Source: Azolla caroliniana (Eukaryota; Plantae; Polypodiophyta). Taken from it: a DNA stretch of 64,000 nt. A program made the translations under genes and the position numbers. Below are positions 23,181 to 35,559 of the stretch, piece by piece. Location: positions 9,238,001 through 9,302,000 of the forward strand of contig JBHGNT010000010.1 in assembly GCA_043228905.1 (NCBI GenBank). The letters are read 5' to 3'. The notes beneath the pieces are model-generated. The model was not told the origin of the DNA and made no database searches. It saw only the letters and a program-made list of their open reading frames with translations. Within the stretch, counting starts at the first letter, position 1; every line of letters starts with the position of its first letter.

Positions 23181-23462
23181 GTAGTGTATAGTGCATTATG
23201 GGCCTATCGAACAACTTACAAAACCTCTATTCGATCGACTCCATTTCCATTGGCTTTTGGATTAGAAGTTATTATGCCAATTGAATCCCAAATTCCGACT
23301 TTACGAGTTGAAGTGGCAAAACGACTGGATGAGGAGCAGTCCGAACGACCCCAAAGGGAACAACTCCTACAATTAGAGGAGACTCGACTTCAATCTCTGT
23401 GGCACTTGGAACACAAACAAAGACGAACGACAGCCTTTGTTGATCGACATCGACATGGAAAA

Positions 23463-24132
23463 TGTCACCGTACGAGATGTACAAAGATTTGAGCGTGATG
23501 AGTGATGGTGAAAGATTATAGTGTTGTGTCAATGTGTAATGTATACGATTACAAGTGTGAGTATATGCGTGAGTGTGGACAAATAGGAAAGGGTGTGAAT
23601 GAGTCATAGGTGTGGATGGCTAAAGGAGCATGTACCCCTATGTATCTAGTCTCATTGTATTATTTAATCCCTTATGGGGAATGAATGAATATGAAGAAGT
23701 TCTCTCTCAATCTCTTTTTTTATCATAATTAAGGCAAGTTGTTAACACTACAAGCACTACATCATCTGTTCGATACCCAATTTTCTCACCTCTCTATTAT
23801 ATACTTCATACATATCTCTGAATTCACTAGATGCCATTGTGGAATGTAGGGGTTGAACCCATAACCACCTAGTCTCCATTGGGCAACCTTACCAACTGAG
23901 CTACATTCATCTCGGCAAACTCTCTCTCTCTCTTGACGTCTCTTTCTCTTTCTCTCTCCCTCCGTTATGTTGAACCCCCTTGGGAGGAGGGTGGAGCCAT
24001 TCTAGGCACCACCCCTCACCCCATAATGCTTATCAATATCTCCACCATCACAACATTCATCATCAATCCATCATCATCGCTAACCCTATTTCCATCTTCG
24101 TCATCATCAACCCTAACCCTAAAGCTACAACA
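23463..24132. mobile_element. Probable solo LTR (~670 bp) inserted in the integrase of element A
   Basis: TG...CA termini flanked by AAAA/AAAA; removing it plus one 4-bp copy restores the frame VDRHRHGK-RKFFNIGKLVL. Confidence 0.72.
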
Positions 24133-25283
24133 AAAAAGAAAGTTTTTCAACATTGGTAAATTAGTACTTGTGTTTCAAACAAAGATGGGCTCCATGCTAG
24201 GGAAATTATGGTTTCGATGGATGGGACCTTATTGGATTGTCGACTATAACAAGGGCACTTATCAGTTACGCACACTGGCAGGAGAAGTAATGCCAAAGTG
24301 GGTTAATGGTTTTCGGCTTAAACCATATGAGGGGCCAACTCTAACCAATCCATTTTTACTTGAGGAGTCGAATGATCAAGCCAACCCAACAATTGACAAT
24401 ACTATGGGTAGTCGGTCGACTAGGCCAATTACGGTTGATCGACCATAATCAATTAAAAGGGTTATGTTTGTAAATACTTTGTACTATGGGGTTAGTCTAG
24501 TAGTAGTTTCAAAAGGTTTTAAAAATAATAAAAAAGCAGAAAAGTTTTTCTCGGCACTTATATTTCTTGACATTATCCTTTTCACACATATATAAAGAGG
24601 TGTGTGCCACACCATTAACTTCATTTATCGCAAGTGGCTCTTCAATTCTCATTAAAGCTAAAAGATTCTATTTTTGAAACTGTTTGCCTCGAGATATGGA
24701 CCACTTTTGCAAGGACACAAAACCCTTTCTTGTTCATTTTCCCGACACAAAAAAGCACAAAACAGAGCACATATAGCAATCTTCAAGCTTCAACTTTCTC
24801 CACAGAGCACAGTACTCTCATGTCCAACGAAGACGACATAATCAACATTCCAATTGAAATCTCTACAAAACTCTGAGCATGGTTCCAAAAACAATGGCAT
24901 GGAAGACTATATTGGGGTAGCATAAGCTCCAACACACCTTCCTGGTCCCCATTCGGCCGATCATCAAGAGAAGCCAGTCAGCGACATCATTCAGGGGGAT
25001 CGCCAAGAGAAACATGTCTCTATCAGAACCGCAGAGCCAAAGGCTAAGGAGTAGACCGAGCTGACGGAACAGCAATGGGAGCAGACGGATGTAGGGCTGG
25101 ATCCGAAAGAGGAGGCGAAGGAGGACGAACAATAGGAACCAGCAACCACAACAACGCTACTAGATATGGCCTAGCAACAACAGCTCATAGGATGAGCCAA
25201 ATATTTTGGACATTTTTGAAGATGATGAAGACTAGGAATTTTGGGTTCGACCATGCAAGGCACTGTCGCACGGGCTTGCCATG

Positions 25284-25809
25284 TGTTAGCCGATCAACCG
25301 AGCCAGTAGGATATAGAAGTCGAAAAGCTAGTAATCGTAGTAGTAGTAGTTGTTGTAGCGGACGAGTGTGAAAAGGAATAGTCGATCGAGTTTTAATACC
25401 AAGTAGAAAAAATAGGAGAATTAGTTATAACAGTAGTATCTTGCCGAATGGCAGTTGTAACAATCTTGATAGAGCTTCTCAGGTCGCCTATAAAAAGCAA
25501 CCGAGATCATTGTAATAGTATCGATTTGTATTGCTATAGTTTTTAATATAATTTTGTTAGTTAAGAGTATGTTCAAGGTATTGAATTGTTATTCTGTGTA
25601 TTGAATTCTGTTACTCTATAATTATAGCTTATAGTCGATTGCTATTATAATGGAATTAAGTATGGTAATTCGATTGTATATTTCTGCCTGATTGTGTTAA
25701 GTGATTATTTAATAGAGTCAACCAACTCCTATCTCCGACCACAATTCTCTTTGATAGAATGACTTTGTAAGAGAGTTGTTCGACCCTTTGCGTTGTCGCA
25801 AAGGCTACA
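25284..25809 (+). repeat. 3' LTR (or second family copy) of element A
   Basis: Colinear with 3431-3952 with many substitutions; the last ~15 bp differ. Confidence 0.75.
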
Positions 25810-28800
25810 ATTTGCAAATTCTAGGTAGGTGTATTGTTTATCACAATCTTTACTTACATGGGTAGTTGAAAATCCATATCTAATTTAAAAGGTAAATATA
25901 TTAGGAATAACCTACTAAAGGGTCATTTACGTATTGTGGTTGTTATTGCATGCTTTCACCTCCCCACGCACACTCTTGCTCACAAGAACATGTGTGCCTT
26001 TCCTTCCAAAATGACACACCCAAATGGATATTTGTTACTCAAAGGAAACATAGTTATTGCTAAAGGAAATAAAGTTGAATTACTTTATCCTTAGTTGTAT
26101 TTGTATAACAATGACATTAATATGATTTTTTTTCCTTTGGTGGTAAAGTTATATGTCGACTATGATCGCTGAACGCATTCATTCGTGCATAGGGAACATC
26201 AAAGCATCTTGTGGTGTAGATGGAATCAATTCCCAAAATGTTGGATCAAAGGTAATTGATGAACACTTCATACACAATTTTACAGGAAAGTTTAAGGTTT
26301 AGGATTTTTAGGATTATGCATTTTAGTTTATCTTTTTGACCCTACCACCCCCAGCAAGTTTCAAACCCTTGACCCTATAGTTCTAGTGGCCAACTATTAT
26401 CATTTGAGTTATGTTCAATTCTTGACTAAAACTTGGATCTCCTCTTTTCAACCAAGAATCTCTTTGACTAGAATTCTACCTACTATAAAACTTTACATTT
26501 TTGGCACTTTTCTCCCTTCACACTATACACATGTCACATCACAAAACCAGGCTCAGATTGTTGCTTTGAAAATATAGATTTGAGTAAGAACCTTAAAAAA
26601 GGATCAACTAATACATCTATCTCCTCATTCCCCAAGAAGAGTCGGCTAGAAGTTTAGAGAACCTCATGCATATTAAGGAAGATATGATACTTGAAATCAA
26701 GGCATTGAATAGAGATTAATCTCTAGTCTTGAGGAAATGTTACGCAAGTTCCATTCCATCCTTGAAAACTCCATATGCTCCCACAATAGCTTGTTAATAC
26801 GAATAAAAACATTGTAAACATAGCTAGGCCCATGAATACCAAATATTAACCACCACATTCGCAAACACCGTGACAATCAAGCCTATTTTTGCTAGTGGTT
26901 GTACTTGTCATGAAGAACCACCAGAAAAACTCAAACCATAGACTCCATTAGTCACCTAAGCACAAAACAAAGATTGTGGCCCCAACCACTATGCCTAATT
27001 AAAAAATAGTTTCCTCTCAAGTCTATCTAGACTCCATTGACCTTATGGAGATCCATTCCCTCTCATGTTCATGTGAATGACAATAAATTTGACAAAGGAA
27101 CCATCGTGCAATGACCCAATGTATCTCTTCTTCTTCTATCGACTGGTCTAACCATGAAGATATTCTTACAACAATATATTATGATCTCATAAACCCCCGT
27201 TTCCAGAATGATTTGTAGGACCTAGTACTTAGTTGCACTTTGCATAAAATGCCATATAAATAGTAATGCTCCATGCTTTAAATAGAGTTTGTGTGGAATA
27301 TTTAGAATTGAAAGGAAGATTTTGATCCTCTGACTCGTTGAAAACATTGCCAAAAGGCTGAGACTCTTATTTTGTCTATGTCGTGGATCTTAAAAGACTT
27401 CAACAAGCTTTGCTCCTAGACTTTAATATTACATGTAGAGCATTGATTGTTGATAAAAGATAAATCATGGTTACAAATATGAGTGATCTCATTTTATCCA
27501 TATTTGAGCAAAGATAAAAGCTCTAGGTTGTGTTTGATTACCTTAGATATTGTCATACCACAACATATATGTGGGCTGGAAGGGAAATTGATTTAGCAAT
27601 TCTAATATCTAATGAGAGCTCATTCTCATAGTTAACTTTAGGTCACTCAATCTTATAGCACCTTAAGAGGGTTTATCTTTGTATAATATCCTCATTATTG
27701 CAACAGGAATAACAAAAGTTTTTTGCGTTGACCTCTACCCATTGTAAGGTAGTGGTAGACCGTTGTGCTTTTCATGTGGGTAATGGCTTAGGCTTGGTTC
27801 ATTAATGAGTTGAAATTGACCACTCACCAATAGGTTATATCAATGGTTAATCTAACAACAAACATTGTTATCACCTACATTCACAAACAATCCATCCAAT
27901 TTTCAAAGAGATAAACACCGTAACTGAATGGTCCTCACAACAAAAATCCAAAACTATTGCTTACATGGAAACACACATCTTGCCAATACCAAAAACACGT
28001 AATCCATTGTAAGGTAATTCTTAATGAGTTGCATCTTGAATAACATTTTGCTGTCTCTTATATCATTACAACATCACTTAAAATTGACGAACAATAACTA
28101 AAACCTTGATAACCAACTTGATTTTTCCAAAACTATTTCTTTAAAATGAATAGATATCTTGATACTGTCATCATAATGCTAGCAACAACAAATAACGTAT
28201 ATAGATTACATGTCTTGTTTACTCTCCATATCAAACAGATTCAAACTGAAGAGGTGGTTAATCCCTCAGTATTACTTGTGAGAACTTGTAATTAATTCTA
28301 ATGATCCATATTAGGTTGCCATAATGATATATCACTATACTCTCACTTAGTCAATTGATCGTAGTGTCTAAAGAGGTTTTATCAAGTTGGTTTTTTATCT
28401 GATCTAACAATATCAATATGGATCATACCCAAACACTTACCCAATACGAGTCGAAATATTAAGACGAGACTTTCCAAAAAACAAATTAGAGTACCACAAA
28501 AACCTCTTATATGCAAAACTAGTGTATACAAAAATTACAACCATGATGCTTGCTTTGCCAGCAGCCAGCCAGCTCAAGCAGTTGATCTAAGTTAATTATG
28601 TTCATATATAGCTGATAGAAAAGGATTGATCCTTACCGATTAAATCTTGCTTCTCATATCATTCCCACATTGAGGTGGTTGATCATTTTTCAGTTAAGAT
28701 GACACCAGCAAATGAAAAAACAACTTCACACACTTGGCAGACCTGGTTACTCCCAAGAAATATGCCAATAGTTCTCGAAGCAGTATATATATATAACATC

Positions 28801-29168
28801 ATCATGATTCTTAGATAGGTATCTTTCAAGACATCAAAAAGGAAACGAAGGTCGGTATAGTAACATGCTGTTGTGTCACCATATTTTATGATATGCATTT
28901 ATCAACATATACTTGGGAAAGCAATAGCTAAAAGAATCAATCACTTTCATATACAACTTGCAACATATCATGTGATGCCTTTTCAGATGAGGATGGAAAT
29001 CGCGAGAGAATAATTCATCGATAGCAGTGGTTAGTATAGGAGTATCGAATTACAAAAAACTCTCGAGGCATATCTTCACAGATGAGCCTTACATTGGCCA
29101 CAATTTAGGCTGAGAGTTAAAATAATAGTATACACGACTTCGTATAATTGAGTAAGGCAATAGGGAAA

Positions 29169-31561
29169 TCACTTTTTAACATACTTGATCAAATCATCTC
29201 TTGATTGTGTTCGCCTGCTGGAAAGCTTTGATTGGGACTTATACCCAGCCACCACTTGTAGCTCACTCAACTCCAACATTGATTTCCCAGATCTTATAAG
29301 CAAGCCAAATCCTGATTGAGATTCATCTTGGGAACTCCCCAATGGTGCAGGACTATGGGGCATTTTAGTATCTCCTGCATGCATCAAACAAAGTGGTTAA
29401 TTCAGCAGTCTTGGGATTCTGAAATTGTCACCAAGTTTTGCAAGCTCTCACCATTCCAAACACCAGTTTCAAGCTTGCCAAGCCGAAGCCGGGCAAAGTA
29501 CGATGGCGAATATCGAGAGGGTCCCATAGGCGATTGTGATTTCCAGCCTCCAAAGGGGAAACAATGAAGAAAATACTTTAGAGTAAAAAGAAAGAGGGCC
29601 ATCATGATCAAAACAAGAACTGAGATAATAACTGCATCCCAAGATAGCGTGCCTCTCGATGCAGGAAAGCCCTGATATCTCGAGGCTGGACTTGGACTAA
29701 ATGCTCCCGCCTCAAGCAATGCTGCCCCTAGTGTCCATGTTATGTCCCCAGAGCCCACTGTAATTTGCTCCTCTTTGAGATGCAATCCGTCCTGAAGCAG
29801 AGATACCACATAGGGTGCTCGGAAACAGTAGTGCTCTACAAGTGGTTGAGGCACAACACCATCCAGGGCTATCTGCCATGGTTTTTCACAAAAGGCTTTT
29901 CCATGCTCCAGTAACTCACTGAAACTGGCATCAGATTGGAGCCCAAAAAACTTGTACACGACAAAAAAGCCCGATAAGGCATAGAATTTACCCTCAGGCT
30001 CCGGTTGATGCCTTCCAAGTGCACAAGGATGTTCGCTATCACAGCCCACTGACTGTAATGATGATATTGATGGAGAAAACATAGAAGCATTATTGATGAT
30101 AGAACTAGCTAGAGCATTACATGATTCCCAGTCAGGCTTACCGACTAGAGTCAATTCAGGCTGGCCATTGTCAGGATACATCTTCTGTGCTGCCGGATTG
30201 GGCATCACGGCAGGATTTGATTTGCAATGGAGACACCTGTATTTTGCTTGGAAACCCTTGTGAAGGCACGGATGCTCCAATTCTTGCCTCTTTCCTTCCA
30301 CTACACCATCAGATCTCTCCAAAACTAGTGCCACTGATTTGTCAAAGGCATCATTTAGTCCAAAACCCGCATGTGAAAGTGCATATAGGTGATGTTCAGT
30401 GGAGCCAACACTTAGATTCACTTGATAATCCTTGTCCTGAACCTCTTCCGATTCAAATGTTACTTGCAAAGAAGAACCACCCAGGTCAAGAGCACCCAAT
30501 GTCAGTTGCTTGGTTGTTTGGCCTAGTCTTCCGAAGTTATAATTCAAGGAAACCCATCCATAATAAGCTTCTTCTGTACCCGATATTACCTTCACCCAGC
30601 TTCTTCTGCACATAAATGGAGACCTCTCTAACACAGCCCAAGCTTTATCGAGAAGCCATTCGGCATCTTCACTCTCAAGTTTTCGTACACCCGCTGTTGC
30701 TAGCAGAAAAAGAGGAGTGTTCCCATGATCTGCACGAGGAACTTGCTTTTCAGCCCATTGTAATAAAGGATCAAGTGCTCCCTTGATACCACTCTCATTG
30801 CTCAAAAGCTTGTGCAAACCAGGTTCAGACTCCATTCTGTGATACGCCCGAGATTGCTTGCGTTGGCCACCTTTTCTAGCTGGAAGAGACACAATGGACT
30901 GCGGTTCAAAGGTAGGACGAATGACAACTGGAGACTTCCCATTGCCTGAAGAATCTCTATAGGTCCAAGCATAGACTTGCACACGAGTACTCGTACTTCC
31001 ACAATCTAACACTATGGAGTATTGTAGCTTCTCCTGCTTCCAATGTGACTGATACCAGTGGTAGCCCACATATACAACAAATAGAAACAGCCCTAAAAGT
31101 GCCGCTATTTGTGCAATTGCCTTGCACCAAGAGGCTGAACTTGTTAAAATGCTTGCCTTCAGGACCTTCTTTGGGCTATAATTCAATTGTGTATGAGGGT
31201 GAACTAGGGGCCTCTCCTCATCCATGATCGCATGTGGGTCGATAACTTTTGACACCTCTTCATCGTGTACATTCCTCACCTTGACATACATGGGGAAATC
31301 CTGCGACGAAGCTGATGTTTGCATAGGATCATGTGCCATATGTAAATTATGATCATCCCTTGCTGACGATGATGATGATGATGGTGGTAGAGGTGGTAGC
31401 GAAGAAGGTGCAGATACTGATGTCGACAATGATGATGTTGTCGTGGAGGAAACAGAAGTAAAACGATCCAATAGTGCAGCAGCTACTCCAGTGAGGCTTT
31501 TGAAATCCATCCTAACATGGTCGGGAACAAACTCAGGTAAAGTAAACATTCTTCGAAGCAT
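29169..31561 (-). CDS. APY7: Apyrase 7-like GDA1/CD39 nucleoside phosphatase; predicted exons 31561-29452 and 29374-29169 (about 771 aa)
   Basis: ACR motifs VLDCGSTSTR, LLATAGVR, ISGTEEAYYGW, LDLGGSSLQ, ITWTLG; two TM segments; N-terminal SASSQDF and second-exon KMPHSP...LSSRRTQSRDDL resemble the APY7 tails; a 77-nt GT-AG phase-1 intron (29451-29375) joins the frames. Confidence 0.9.
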
Positions 31562-32011
31562 GCATCGATCAGTAGTGGCAAAGCAGCAGCGTATGAAAGA
31601 GAGGAATTCTAAAACTTACAAGTGCATTACTTATGTGAACCCTAGCATTCTCGAAATGCATGCATCCATGGATCAAAGGAGAACAGAATGTGCCAGATCT
31701 GCTTTCCAATGATGATAACAGAGAGATAGACAGACTTGGAAAAAAGAGAGGACATGAGCGAGTACAGATCGAGGCTACCAGTGTGCTCAAACAAAGGATC
31801 AAAGCAAAAAAAAACACGCACAGAAAAAGAAAAAGAAAGAAGAAGAAAGAGCAGAGGGAAGAAGGATCGGTGGAAAAGAGACAAACCTGCGAAGAGAGCG
31901 ATGCCTCCAATGGCCATCCTTCTTCTTATTTTTCTTATTTTTCTACATCTCCTCCGGCTCCGCTGCGTCTGTACCGGACCAGGTCTCTCCTCTCCTCTCC
32001 TTCCTTCTCTC

Positions 32012-32066
32012 TTTCTTCTTCTTCGTCGTCTTCTTCTTCTTCTTCTTCTTCTTCTTCTTCTTCTTC
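32012..32066. repeat. (TTC)n microsatellite upstream of APY7
   Basis: Direct reading: ttcttcttc...tcgtcgtct...ttc. Confidence 0.9.
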
Positions 32067-32146
32067 AATAAAAAAAAATCAGAGTAAAAACAAACAATTA
32101 TCTACCATATTTTAATTATTTTACCTATGTATGTATGTGTGTTAAG

Positions 32147-32413
32147 CATAGTATGAACCGTACGTACCATACGTTCATTCGCATTCGAGAAGGTTTTAAT
32201 CATTTGAGAATGGTAAACACCCTCCAAGTATGGTAAATACCATACTTTTGTATTCATTATATATTATCAGGTAAATTGTTTTTTTAAGATGAGAAATTTA
32301 AGGTAAAAAGTGTAAACAAAAAATATAAGAATGTTTTTGCTAACATACGCATTCGTTTTCATTCGAACGAAAAGGAATGTTTGCCCATGCATTCGAGTAT
32401 ATTACGTACTATG
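32147..32413. mobile_element. hAT-type MITE (267 bp)
   Basis: TIR CATAGTATG...CGTACTATG, 8-bp TSD GTGTTAAG/ATGTTAAG, repeated subterminal CATTCG motifs, no ORF. Confidence 0.68.
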
Positions 32414-32420
32414 ATGTTAA

Positions 32421-32483
32421 GTATATGTGTATGTATGTATGTATGTATGTATGTATGTATGTATGTTATGTCTATATGTATGT

Positions 32484-32543
<60 letters not shown>

Positions 32544-32572
32544 ATATGTATGCATGTGTGTATGTATGTATG
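32421..32572. repeat. Compound (TATG)n/(TG)n microsatellite; paralogous copy at 44695-44828
   Basis: Direct reading. Confidence 0.92.
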
Positions 32573-35559
32573 CCTTACAAAATATTCCATCCATGGGACA
32601 CTCACTCGCACTGATATGACCTCTTATAACCATATGAGACATCCTCTCTTGCTCCCCTACCTCTCGAATCCCTCTATGTTTGTTTTATCCCTTATATATT
32701 GATATGGGCTTTCTATTGGCATGAAACACGAAGAAGAAGATAAAAGCATCACTTCTTCTTCCACCCCCATATAATGATCTTTTAGAATTTGAGACTTTTT
32801 TTTCTAGTCATACGCATTCCAGTTATCCTTCTTATCAAAGATTTAGTGATGCAGCTTTTCCATAACCTAGAGTGTCGAATTCATTTACCTCTTGTTGAAG
32901 TAAATAGTCATTTCATTGCAGTTATCACAAAATGTATAAATGCAATAGATGGTGTGCAATATCAAGCCCATTCCATTTAGTTGCCTATTGTATGTATGCC
33001 TTATCACATAATTCCTCTAAATGGACCTATTTTGTCGTCTTACATAATGGCCAATGCAATTGGTGGACATGGTTTCCTATAAGCTTACAAACATGTAGTT
33101 GACCTTGGGTCACCCTTCCAAAAGTTGCCAACGAGATGAACTACCATTCAATATGAAAAGCATAAAATGTGTCTTCGAACTCCATATTGCACATAAAAAA
33201 GAAAAGAATTTTGCATACACTAGTGCCATAATCGCCATATCATAAAATCTCAAAACACAAGTTGAAATTGTGGATGGGGTTGTCCAATCTCCATTGAGCA
33301 AATACCCATTGGTAAGGTTCAAATAGAGCTTGCTATCGGACAACTACTAAACCTATGGTAATTGTGTTCCTCTCCAGTTGTACAACAAAATAACACATAT
33401 TAGAAGCAAAATTCCATCATCACAAAGCAACTTCGCCCTCATAAACCAACCGTTAAACTTTTGCTATGAAACAAATATAAGACTTCCATCCTAATAGCGC
33501 AACCCTTTGCTACCAACTATTGGGCCTTTTGATTCCCCATTCTTTGCTAATACGATATACCATCCATGTATGATTACTAATGAGATGGTGATATGCATTG
33601 TTCATTCTAAATTTAGCCAAGCTTGTATGACCTCCAAATGACCATATATCTTGATAATTGGGGGGGCACAAAACCTTATCCTAGTCATAGATGCCATGAT
33701 TCTTCTTTGGGATTATAGTATGGAATCCCCAACAATAATCTAATCCAATTGAAGCATGCGAGTAAATTGGGCTTGAAGAGTTTTCTTATCCTCCCATCCC
33801 AACAAACTAGATGCTTCCAACACTTCAACTAGTTGCATGAAATTTGAGTTTTCTCTTTCCAAAGGATAAAAATGACATGATACTACCAAAAAACTCTTGT
33901 TGCTCCCACTAAAACAACAAGGTCTTATGACAAGGTAACACACATGATATCCTTATTGTTGAAACCAAGACCAACTTAACATTATCCATCTGCCCTATTA
34001 CACCGAATGTATCACATCAATTATTCAAAAGAGTTATCCACACATCATGCATATTAGAGGGAGAAAATCCTCCCATTATGTTCCAACTATCTTCAATACC
34101 CAATATTTGGGTCTCTTGTTTGGTTGGGTTTGCTCGTTGTGCAACAATGTCGCATTTCTTCCCAATATAACCAATTAAGGGCACAAAAGCATTTTGTATG
34201 GGAAGATAGTTGATGATACTCAATGTCCCATGACTGACATGATTGTCAACATTGTTTCTCTAACAAGGTGACTTTACTACTTCTTATCAAATTTGGGTTC
34301 TAAAAGTTGATTATGGGTGGTACAAAAAAATGCAACCATTGCCATATTATTACTTTTCCTTCAATTTGATCATGAGGAGTTATTTTTGGTAACCCAATAC
34401 CATGCCTCAAAGAATCCCTCATGTAATCCATGTTGTTGACCTTTTATTATTTGGAACTTCAGATATTTGGCATTGGTGTGGATGGATCCTCATTTCTTTC
34501 AGATTTCCTTTTTGTAAAAAACCCACTACCTACCAATTTTCTGATATATCCTCTTTATTGACCACATGTTTTGCAATGATATATCATTAGGATGAGTTTT
34601 CCAATGAAACTCAAAAGATCCATATGATTGTTTAGTGCACTCGACACTAGAATGACCTCATCTCCTCTCTTCTTTTACCATAATGGTCTTTCTTGACTAC
34701 CATTTTATAACACACTTTTGATTTTAAACTTTAGCATTTAGGGGTGGCAATAATCTCCCTATTGCATTTTGTAGGACAAATACTTGTATCCACCTTAACT
34801 CAATGTGGGCACCCTTGCTTTTAGTTCTCTTGAAACTTAGCTAATGAATTCAATGGGACAACATAAACCAAGTTGTCATTGCAAAAGGCATGAAATTAAT
34901 GGCAATATTATAACTCTTTTTCAAAAACTTGGGTCTTTCTATACATCTTCAACACTATTTCAACCTATCAAAACATTACCGTAACATTTGGTTTTTCTGT
35001 CCCCAAAAACAAATAATACCTCTATCATAAAGTAGTGAGAAGGCTTTTAGAGACACCACATGTTAGCGCATATGATATCTTTAGACTCTACATCTGTCAT
35101 AACATCATCATTATTAGGTATAACATTCTATAATGATCAATTATAAACTTCATCATGCATAGCCTCATATTTCTCAATCATCACCTACTCATTGTCAATC
35201 ATATTTATGTGTGTAGTTATTAGGGCGTCATATCTACATCAAGCTCTTTTGTATCGATTTCACACCACACATTATTCTTTTCTCAGGCACCGCAACACTT
35301 CTTTGACATCAACAACAAATAAAATGATGATGGTTATTAGTTACCAAAGGGAAAAGTGGGTACAAAAACATATTCGAAGGTGATGATAGTTCTTGTCATG
35401 AGCATTGATTCTAGGCAAAGACTGCCCAAATTAGATTTCTTATCAAAGAATTATAATTGAATTCATTAAATATGTCTCTATATATGCGCGCACAAATCTC
35501 TCTTAGTCGCTCTTAGTCCCTCTCTCTTTGGTGAAAACACACAAATATATTAATAGAAG

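Larger units (their letters stand above)
3431..25809 (+). mobile_element. Element A: old, heavily nested Ty3/Gypsy (Tat-like)
   Basis: Diverged ~520-bp direct repeats at 3431-3952 and 25284-25809 starting TGTTAGCC; PBS-like TGGCACGCTCGG at 3958-3969; protease remnant IDGGSGVNVI near 18151; integrase remnants ALWAYRTTYKT...TPF.LAFGLE (23181-23462) and KL..RWMGPY...VNGFRLKPY (24133-24340). No matching TSD or clear PPT. Confidence 0.72.

Noticed and set aside
23841-23908. Functional tRNA gene
   Set aside because: The anticodon arm does not fold canonically and it lies inside an LTR-like insert; kept only as tRNA-like.
24820-25240. Possible extra 3' ORF (env-like) in element A
   Set aside because: Fragmented, with no recognisable motif or TM segment; cannot be supported.
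25785-25804. Hairpin CCTTTGCG-ttgt-CGCAAAGG at the end of the A 3' LTR as a terminator or fold-back scar
   Set aside because: A partial equivalent exists in the 5' LTR, so its origin is ambiguous; bacterial-type terminators are not relevant here.
25810-29100. Intergenic/3' region of APY7
   Set aside because: No feature I could support by eye.
31569-32115. Overlapping Ser/Lys/Phe-rich ORFs upstream of APY7
   Set aside because: Low-complexity 5' UTR/promoter sequence with no domain motifs.
32377-32702. Several ORFs rich in CV/MY/HT repeats (also 44353-44958)
   Set aside because: Translations of the TG/TATG microsatellite.
32724-35500. Short ORFs shared by both duplicate copies as a conserved gene
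   Set aside because: Sharing is explained by the duplication; no recognisable protein motif. The identity of this AT-rich stretch is unresolved.
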